Shown: in pieces, positions 49,028-55,718 of the stretch
How positions within the stretch are numbered: the first letter of the stretch is position 1
Layout of the letters: each line of letters opens with the position of its first letter
IMG/VR virus record: IMGVR_UViG_3300047157_000003
Location: 1 to 55,718 of that record
Direction: 5' to 3' (one strand)
DNA length: 55,718 nt
DNA from: a virus
Lineage: Duplodnaviria > Caudoviricetes
The notes under the pieces: model-generated
What the model was told of the DNA's origin: nothing
The model's input: only the letters and a program-made list of their open reading frames with translations
The model's database searches: none
Program-made: the position numbers and the translations under genes

Positions 49028-51760
49028 CTACCTCAAGCCACTTAAAAAGCTATCTATGTTAGGGGTTACACTTCCACCATCTTGAAAGAATTTAGGCTTA
49101 CGGAAGTTTACTCCAGCAGCACCTGTCCCACCTGATGGTGGTCTTACAACTGGAGGTCTATCAGGTTGTGTAGATGGAGGTCTTCTAGGTCTTTCACCAA
49201 GTTTTAAATTAGATGAACCTGAACCACCGCCTGCACCATCATCAATTATAGGAACACACATCTGTTCAGCAACGTCATATACATATCCATCAGGGCATCT
49301 ATCATTATCTCTGTCAGATGATTCAGTTGTTAAATCGTTGAATGATACAGCCCCTGCTTTAGTATTTTTAAAGTCGTTAAATCCTTTTACAGTATTTCCT
49401 TCTGCGTCTAAAACACCTTTTAAGACATTAGAATCGTCATAAGAATAAGTGCCAGTTTCTTGCAATGCTTCCATGTATTTCTCTGCTTGATCTTTGCTCA
49501 TCTTAGCAGGATCAATTAGACCGTAAGTTAAAGACTTAACACCAAAATTAAGAAGACTTCTTATTGCAGAACCAGCTTTTTCTGCAAAACCTTCAGCTTC
49601 ACCAAAGGTATCATAGAAAGGATTAATGTCTTCGCCTATAGGACTAGACTTTCGATACTTGGCTATGTCAGCTTCAGAAGCACCATCTGATCTCATTTGA
49701 TCTGCTATTTCGTCTTGAAACTCTTTAGTCATAGGAGTTTCACCTAAACGGTTCATAACTTGTGTCATCTGAGCATATTCAGCAGCATTAGGCTGTTGAC
49801 CAAACTGACCATAAAGCTTCATATCATCCATGCTTTGTTGGCTAGGCGTAATGCCAGCATCAACAAAATCTGGTAAAATTTCTCCCGTTACACCAGCTTT
49901 ATCAGCAAGTTCTAAAGTATTCTGCAAAGACGATTTATTAGATGAAGATATTTCACTATCGCCATATGTTAGCGTTGGTTCATAATTATCAAAGCCATAT
50001 TGATTAGCAAATGATTTACTTGCATCAAAATCACCTGTTGTTAAGAACTTTAAGAAATCTCCATCATTTGCAGAACCTTGAGTAGATGCAAACTCACTGC
50101 CTTCATCCATAGATATTTGGCCTATTCTTTTGAATTTTTCTCTATCTTGTTGATTCCCATGACCGATTTCAGTTGCGCTAATAGGTTCTGTACCAAGGCC
50201 GTTGCCTTCGCCTTTACCAGTATATCTTCTGCTTAATACAGGATCGCCATTTGGATTTGTTACACTTTCGTTTTCATACCATTCAAAGCCATCACCAGCA
50301 TATACACCAAACCTATTAACCTGACCGAAAGATTCAAATTGCTTTTCTTTACCATCTTTCGTGTATGTAGATACATTGCCAGTTGTTGGAGCTATCTCTT
50401 CAGCAGTTGGTATTGCTGTACCAGTACCAGTATCAGTGTCATCACCGAGAGCTAATTTTTTAATATCAGATGGAGCTGTGTCGTAACCAGCAATTAATGG
50501 ATCACCTCCTGTAGTTTCTGTAGAAATGCTAGTAGGTGTTACTGTAGTTGGTACATCAAATGATATTTCTGGATCACTAGCAGAACCTGATAACGGTGGA
50601 ACTGCACCATAACCATCATCTGCTGTTTGAACAGGGATACTTGCAGGCACATTAGCCGCGCTAGTTGTAAACTCTTCACCAGCTAATATATCATCTATTG
50701 GGTCACGCTGAAAAGCTATCTCATCATAGAAATTAGCATCCGGTGCGCTTAAATCCATTTCCATTCCTGAATCATTTCCGGGTGTTAAGAAGTTAGAGAA
50801 ATCATTTGGAATTTCGTCATAGAAATTAGAATCTATAGAATTTGTATTAGAAAAAGTGCCTGAATCGACATCACCATCAAAAAATCCGGGCATAGGAGAT
50901 GGACCTTGCCTTGGGACAAAATCCATCTCATCTCCGGGAGGAGCAATAGGAGCAGCTTGGACAGGTCCTTGCGTTTGAACGAAATCCATTTCATCTGCGG
51001 GCTGATCATAAACTGACGTAGCAAGCTCATCATTTGCATAAATATTAGCAACATCAAAGGCGTTTGTAGGGTTTCTATCTACAAAATCATTATCAAGTGG
51101 ATCATAAGTATCTACTACAGGCTCTGAATAAATATCAGCAGTATCAAAAGCATTTGTAGGATTTCTTGATGTAAAAGCATTAGAGTCATCAAGAGGATCA
51201 TATACAGGATTAACTGGTGGCATAATAGCGTTGCCAGTGCCAAGCTGATAAGCATCTGTTTGCAAAATATTTATAGGATCATAAACACCGCCACCAATAT
51301 CAGTTGCTTGACCAATTAAAGCCTCACTCTGTGTATTCTGACCAATAGGTGCCATGTAACCACCGCGATCAGAATCCGCCATAGCCGCAGGAATAAACGG
51401 ATTGCCACTCGCAGTCGTGCTATAATCAACTATCGAATAATCATCCGTCATATTAGCCGCGCCTAAATCATCAAGCTGCGCATTTAATTCAGCAGACGTA
51501 GGCGTATAATCATCATCATCAAAAATAACAGGGGCGGGTGGCGTATAAACAGGAGCAGGAACAACAGGAGCAGGTCTGTTATTATTATCATTATGAGTAA
51601 TAACCGGTGTTGGAGGTGTATATACTGGAGAAAGAACTGCCGCAGCGCCTTTTCTGTCAGCGCGAGAACCACCGCCTCCGCCGCCTCCTCCACCGCCGCC
51701 ACCGGAATCACCGCCAAAAGCTATCTGAGGTTTTAAAAATGAAAGTAATATATTATACAT
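49028..51760 (-). CDS. 910-aa acidic low-complexity protein with poly-Gly N-terminus (candidate acylation substrate or virion protein)
   Basis: Intact long ORF 3 nt after the acyltransferase; internal duplications; C-terminal FQDGGSV. Confidence 0.7.
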   Translation of the reverse strand: MYNILLSFLKPQIAFGGDSGGGGGGGGGGGGSRADRKGAAAVLSPVYTPPTPVITHNDNNNRPAPVVPAPVYTPPAPVIFDDDDYTPTSAELNAQLDDLGAANMTDDYSIVDYSTTASGNPFIPAAMADSDRGGYMAPIGQNTQSEALIGQATDIGGGVYDPINILQTDAYQLGTGNAIMPPVNPVYDPLDDSNAFTSRNPTNAFDTADIYSEPVVDTYDPLDNDFVDRNPTNAFDVANIYANDELATSVYDQPADEMDFVQTQGPVQAAPIAPPGDEMDFVPRQGPSPMPGFFDGDVDSGTFSNTNSIDSNFYDEIPNDFSNFLTPGNDSGMEMDLSAPDANFYDEIAFQRDPIDDILAGEEFTTSAANVPASIPVQTADDGYGAVPPLSGSASDPEISFDVPTTVTPTSISTETTGGDPLIAGYDTAPSDIKKLALGDDTDTGTGTAIPTAEEIAPTTGNVSTYTKDGKEKQFESFGQVNRFGVYAGDGFEWYENESVTNPNGDPVLSRRYTGKGEGNGLGTEPISATEIGHGNQQDREKFKRIGQISMDEGSEFASTQGSANDGDFLKFLTTGDFDASKSFANQYGFDNYEPTLTYGDSEISSSNKSSLQNTLELADKAGVTGEILPDFVDAGITPSQQSMDDMKLYGQFGQQPNAAEYAQMTQVMNRLGETPMTKEFQDEIADQMRSDGASEADIAKYRKSSPIGEDINPFYDTFGEAEGFAEKAGSAIRSLLNFGVKSLTYGLIDPAKMSKDQAEKYMEALQETGTYSYDDSNVLKGVLDAEGNTVKGFNDFKNTKAGAVSFNDLTTESSDRDNDRCPDGYVYDVAEQMCVPIIDDGAGGGSGSSNLKLGERPRRPPSTQPDRPPVVRPPSGGTGAAGVNFRKPKFFQDGGSVTPNIDSFLSGLR

Positions 51761-51763
51761 GCT

Positions 51764-52171
51764 CTAGCCACCTTTGTTCGGATAAACTCCGCGCCGTTGG
51801 CCTCTATGCGACCAAACTTTTTTAACCTCTGGAAACTCCAACTTAAACATTTGCCGAAGATCCCTACAAAAACTCAACACTCCAGAAGAGCCGTTGGGGG
51901 CAATCATATCAACAAAAACTAATTTGTCACCTGTTTCTCGACGAAAAATTTCTGGACCCCAATAATCTCTTGTCTCAAACTCCTCATCCGTCATCCAAGC
52001 CCACGTCACAAAGCCTGCACACGATCCACCCTCGTTATGCCAAATCTTATACTGACCACTCTCAATCGCAGGCGATAACCGCCACGCAATAGTGCTACTA
52101 GGAAAAGTCGAATACGGTAAACACGTTGTCCATAGATCAACGCAATCTATGAAATCTGCCTGCTTAGACAT
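51764..52171 (-). CDS. Toxin-activating lysine acyltransferase (HlyC/CyaC/RtxC family)
   Basis: 'L.PAI..GQY', 'GFVTWAW', 'GDKL.FVDMIAP.G', distal 'HR' match the TAAT family pattern. Confidence 0.75.
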   Translation of the reverse strand: MSKQADFIDCVDLWTTCLPYSTFPSSTIAWRLSPAIESGQYKIWHNEGGSCAGFVTWAWMTDEEFETRDYWGPEIFRRETGDKLVFVDMIAPNGSSGVLSFCRDLRQMFKLEFPEVKKVWSHRGQRRGVYPNKGG

Positions 52172-52632
52172 TAGTAACGGCCTAAACCGCCAAATAACGG
52201 AACAACACCACCACCCATTAACTGAACAGGCGCACTTCCAACATTCGCGCTATTACCTAATGCACGACCAATCGGCGCAATTTGTGGCTGTGGCTGCATT
52301 TGCATCTGTGGACGCATCTGCATCTGCTGACTCTGCAAAAATTTATTTTTTCTAGTGCCTAAAGCCCTTTTGAAATTTGCACGACCAGATGCACTGCCGC
52401 CATACCCATTAATCTGTGTAGACAAATTAGGATTAGGTGCAGGACTAACTGCGGATTGTCCGCCCATCTGAGGTGGAGGTCCACCCATAGGCGCACCCAT
52501 CATTGGATTTTGCATTGGATTTGGCATCGGATTCGTCGGCATCATCGGATTCGGAGCAGAACCACCCATCGGATTCGGCATCTGAGGCTGTCCCATCGGT
52601 TGACCCATCGGCATAGACGTTACAGCTACCAT
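52171..52632 (-). CDS. M/P/Q/G-rich low-complexity protein
   Basis: NPM repeats; C-terminal 'LMGGGVV'; TAATG-coupled to the acyltransferase. Confidence 0.65.
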   Translation of the reverse strand: MVAVTSMPMGQPMGQPQMPNPMGGSAPNPMMPTNPMPNPMQNPMMGAPMGGPPPQMGGQSAVSPAPNPNLSTQINGYGGSASGRANFKRALGTRKNKFLQSQQMQMRPQMQMQPQPQIAPIGRALGNSANVGSAPVQLMGGGVVPLFGGLGRY

Positions 52633-52686
52633 AGAATTATCTCCAAATAAATTTTATCTGTTCGCAGTGTAGCAATAAAATAAAAT

Positions 52687-52935
52687 TTAATCAATCACCT
52701 CAAGTAATCCATTTTTAATCATGCTACCAGCTAAAGCATCCCTGTCATGAAAATAATAATCTTTCCCATTCCATTCACACATCTCCATCGCAGAACGACG
52801 CATAAACAAACGCTCAGACTCAATCCCAAAAGATAAAGGACCATATCTGCGTACCTGCATCACAGGAACAACCTCAGCAGGAGTTTGCGCAAAAAATTCA
52901 AACTGATCACCGTAATTTAACCTATATTTAGGCAC
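52687..52935 (-). CDS. Hypothetical protein
   Basis: GTG start with GGAG RBS. Confidence 0.55.
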   Translation of the reverse strand: MPKYRLNYGDQFEFFAQTPAEVVPVMQVRRYGPLSFGIESERLFMRRSAMEMCEWNGKDYYFHDRDALAGSMIKNGLLEVID

Positions 52936-53244
52936 TGTTAAGCTCCATTTCCATCTTATAAGATACGGTATGGGAAGATAAGGGAGGCGTCAATGGATTT
53001 TTTTGAAAAAAATTTTTGAGGGGGTCTATGGGACCCATACATACAGACAAACATAGACATCCCCCTTTAGGGGGTGTCCTATTGTCCATGTATCGACCTG
53101 AATGGCGAAAAGTTTTTTTGGGGTAATTGTTTGAGTAAAACACTGTGTAGTAGTATAGATAAAACCTCTGACCGATAAAGGGGGGGCAAGCCCAAATTAA
53201 CCCCGATACCGAACATTTGTTCGGGTTGCGTAGGGTACCTTGGA

Positions 53245-53277
53245 AAAAGAAAAAGCCCGCACTAGGCGGGCTTCTTT
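53245..53277 (-). terminator. Rho-independent (possibly bidirectional) terminator after amidoligase
   Basis: AAGCCCGC-ACTAG-GCGGGCTT flanked by A- and T-runs. Confidence 0.7.
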
Positions 53278-53302
53278 GAGCTTCTAAGATGGTACGCTAG
53301 GC

Positions 53303-54404
53303 TTAACCTAGCGCGCCTATTCTGTTTCTATCTGATAGCGTTGTTATTCTATTCTGCCACCATTCGAACAAATCGTCATCAACATTTGCCCATATGCTTT
53401 CAACGCCGCGGCGGTTTTCTGGAAGCAATTGCGCGCCGCTTCCTTCAGTCTCAAAACTGAATAAAACCGTGTAACTGGTGTGGTGAGTTCCATCACCATA
53501 ACGCGCACCATTCGCTTGTTGCGTGCTAGTGACAACCGCCGCATCGCCAACGCGCGTTCTTATTTCAGAGACGCGGCGTCTCACATCGCCTTCAGTACAT
53601 CCCGTTGCGTCCATAATTTCCAATGTGGACGCGCCGCCATCGGTGCGCATTAGATCATAAGTAATTCCAATTCGCGCGCCGCGTCTAAATGGTTGCTCTG
53701 GCGTATCAGTAACAATTGTTCGGTTGCCGCTTTCAATTCTGTTTTCAACAGTATGCAAAACAAGATTGTTTAAAAACTTAACCCAGTTAATAATCTTGGC
53801 CGCTTCAATTGTACCGCTTGCCTGTCTGAATTCAATTGTACCGCGTGACCATGTTTGTAAGTTGATTGATGTAAACTTGCCAAACGTTAATTCGCTAATA
53901 GTCGAAGCTTGTTCAATGCGGCGCGTACTTAATGGTGAGCAATAACGATTATCAGTACGTGAACGAGGGAACATAGAATTGACCGCGTCTTGTTGTCTTG
54001 TATAGCGTTTCATAATATCTTGAACCGCTATAAAATCCATTGGTTCTGAATGGTTTGCAAAAAAGCGGCCAGTTCGTTCTTTAACATCAATACTTTCACC
54101 ACAAAATTGAGTTGCGGTTGTATCGCTATTAAGCGGCGCGTTGCCAATGTGAACGTGCAAACCGCATGATGAATTTACACTTGCGCCAACTTCGTCCAAT
54201 ACACGGCAAATCTTTCTTAATATAATCCCATGCAAAATCACATGGTGCCAATGGTGGCAAAACTATTTCTGCGTCAACTCTTGGTGTTCCATCTGGCTTT
54301 ATTTCGCAACCGCGAATTCCTTCACGGATAAATGCTTGCTTAATACGGCCTATACTTGCGCCGCATGTTTCTATTTCTATTCCATCTGTTGGTATGTAAG
54401 TCAT
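53303..54404 (-). CDS. Putative amidoligase (COOH-NH2 ligase type) with C-terminal winged-helix-like extension; one apparent frameshift near 54215
   Basis: 'GIEIE', 'DGT', 'EIV.PPL', 'SCGLHVH', 'TIEFRQ..GT'. Confidence 0.75.
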
Positions 54405-54602
54405 TGTTTTTGTTACCTTTTTTACTAGAATGTGACGGGAAAACCCCCCCACTAAAAATAGATTATACCATATAATCCCATATAACAAGGGATAAAACGA
54501 ACAATTGTGAAGTTTATTTTAAAACCGCTGGAACGCATAACATTGCTATAGGTTAAATAAGTCGAACAAGTTTAGATTTTTTTTACAATTATAATGTAAT
54601 AA

Positions 54603-54720
54603 CATATATGTGTATGTGTATATGTGTATGTATATATATCTATATTTATATAGTATATATAACCCCGACCCCGAACCCCGAACCCGAAAGCCCGATCCCC
54701 GAAGCCCGACCCGATCCCGA
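54603..54720. repeat. Alternating RY AT-rich tract followed by 9 CCCGA repeats
   Basis: TATGTG/TATA run at 54603-54660, then CCCGA x9 at 54663-54720. Confidence 0.75.
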
Positions 54721-54736
54721 AGGATCAGGTTAGTTA

Positions 54737-54955
54737 TTAGCAAATTAATTCTTTTGTACTAATAAAACGCTGGCCGTTTTTACTACAGTATTGTGAAACG
54801 TAAGTGCCAGACTTTTTAAAAGGATATTCTGTTACACTCCATTTATTATCACATTGTTTATTTAAAAAAACATGCATAGCGTTTGAACTGTTAAAGCATT
54901 TAACAGTATATCTATTAATTAAAGTTTGCGGGCTTGAGATTATTGAATATTTCAT
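54737..54955 (-). CDS. Hypothetical protein
   Basis: AAAGGA RBS. Confidence 0.55.
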   Translation of the reverse strand: MKYSIISSPQTLINRYTVKCFNSSNAMHVFLNKQCDNKWSVTEYPFKKSGTYVSQYCSKNGQRFISTKELIC

Positions 54956-54960
54956 GATCT

Positions 54961-55089
54961 TTATCCTTTGCTAAAATAATCTACAAATTCGCGAGCAACT
55001 CTGCGACTCCAAAACTCGTGAATACAACCTCCATCTACTACATGGTAAACAGTCACCCCGTTTGAATTCTTTACTTCAGTGATTTCCAT
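54961..55089 (-). CDS. Small hypothetical protein (42 aa)
   Basis: Hand translation MEITEVKNSNGVTVYHVVDG...; AAGGAG RBS and upstream promoter. Confidence 0.5.
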   Translation of the reverse strand: MEITEVKNSNGVTVYHVVDGGCIHEFWSRRVAREFVDYFSKG

Positions 55090-55100
55090 CTTTCATCTCC

Positions 55101-55146
55101 TTTACTAGAATAATCCCACATTATCCCACACTATATATAATGTCAA
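55101..55146 (-). promoter_or_regulatory. Sigma70-like promoter with tandem TGTGGGAT motifs
   Basis: TTGACA...GGGATAATGTGGGATTATTCTAGTAAAGGAG. Confidence 0.6.
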
Positions 55147-55164
55147 TAGGCAAAGTGAAAAAAA

Positions 55165-55718
55165 GATTCAGCGCTGCTGACTCGCAGCAGGACGCAGCAC
55201 CCCGGCAGCTTTCGGACAATTGTTCGGGTTATGATTCCGGGCAGCGCTGCGACCCGGCGGATCTCACCCGGCAGCTTTACGATCCGGGGATGAAAGTTGC
55301 AGCAGGACCTTTCCCGGTCCGATAACCCGAACAATTCTTCGGCTTGTCATCCCCGGCTGCAAAGATTCAGGTTAGCCCGGTAGCTGCGGCCCGGTGATTC
55401 CCGTGCAGCCTGAATCACGAGTCCCGATCCCGAACAATTCCTCGGGTTGTCATCGCTGGCTGCGAACCCCGATCCCGAATCTTTAGCTGCCCGGCAGAAA
55501 ATCTGGCTGCAAAGATCCAGCAGCGCTATCCCGAACAATTTGTCGGGTTATGACCCCGCCAAAGCGCTGGCAGCCCGAATCTTTAATTTTTGCTAGAGGG
55601 ATTTTAAAGCTGCTGGAGGTATCCCGAACATATTTCGCAACCCCGAACCCGAACAAGTTTGCTTCAGGCGCTGGGCGGTGCGTTTCTGGGCGTCTAAGAC
55701 CCCGCCAGCCGACCCGCA
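55165..55718. repeat. GC-rich non-coding array of CCGAAC-N4-GTTCGG-like palindromes
   Basis: Copies at 55212, 55327, 55430, 55531, 55624/55649; dense GCWGC, CCSGG and GANTC between them. Confidence 0.7.

Noticed and set aside
49028-51760. RTX toxin
   Set aside because: No GGxGxDxL nonapeptide repeats, pore-forming hydrophobic domain or T1SS genes visible
54546-54743. 65-aa ORF (RGSG/YIYI-rich) and short ORFs at 55140-55538
   Set aside because: Translations of DNA repeats, with no RBS or protein-like composition
55200-55660. CRISPR mini-array
   Set aside because: Repeats are only ~16-22 bp and degenerate, spacers are ~85-100 bp and motif-biased, and the same motif occurs singly at promoters
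1-55718. Alternative genetic code, tRNAs or integrase/att sites
   Set aside because: Long ORFs are intact in code 11 and breaks are indels rather than in-frame stops; no cloverleaf or recombinase recognised by eye

Overview
The window looks like a near-complete (~55.7 kb, AT-rich) tailed-phage genome, probably a marine podovirus. The structural module resembles HMO-2011-type phages of marine Alphaproteobacteria, but this host assignment is inference. Layout: terS and small early genes (1-4.6 kb); a polymerase-less replication block with TOPRIM-AAA primase/helicase, Cas4-like nuclease, SF2 helicase, SSB and Sak4-like ATPase (7-15 kb); and a long minus-strand late region with ejection proteins, tail, lysis genes, tail fibre, major capsid protein, scaffold, GroES, portal and terL. 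I saw no integrase, DNA polymerase, tRNA or CRISPR array. Several essential genes (helicase, MCP, terL) carry single-base frameshifts that are most likely long-read consensus errors. The most notable observations are: (1) an HlyC/CyaC-type toxin-activating acyltransferase coupled to a 910-aa Gly-leader protein just upstream of terL, with no RTX toxin present; (2) a six-gene cassette of secreted/membrane proteins including pilin-like and chaperone-like products; (3) a GC-rich terminal array of CCGAAC-N4-GTTCGG palindromes about 100 bp apart, filled with GCWGC, CCSGG and GANTC sites, together with apparent genome-wide absence of CCWGG; (4) a shared aromatic/Met-x-x-GG-x-V peptide tag in many unrelated late proteins; (5) a prion-like low-complexity protein; (6) candidate structured RNAs, including an H-type pseudoknot, and an IHF/iteron-like locus.
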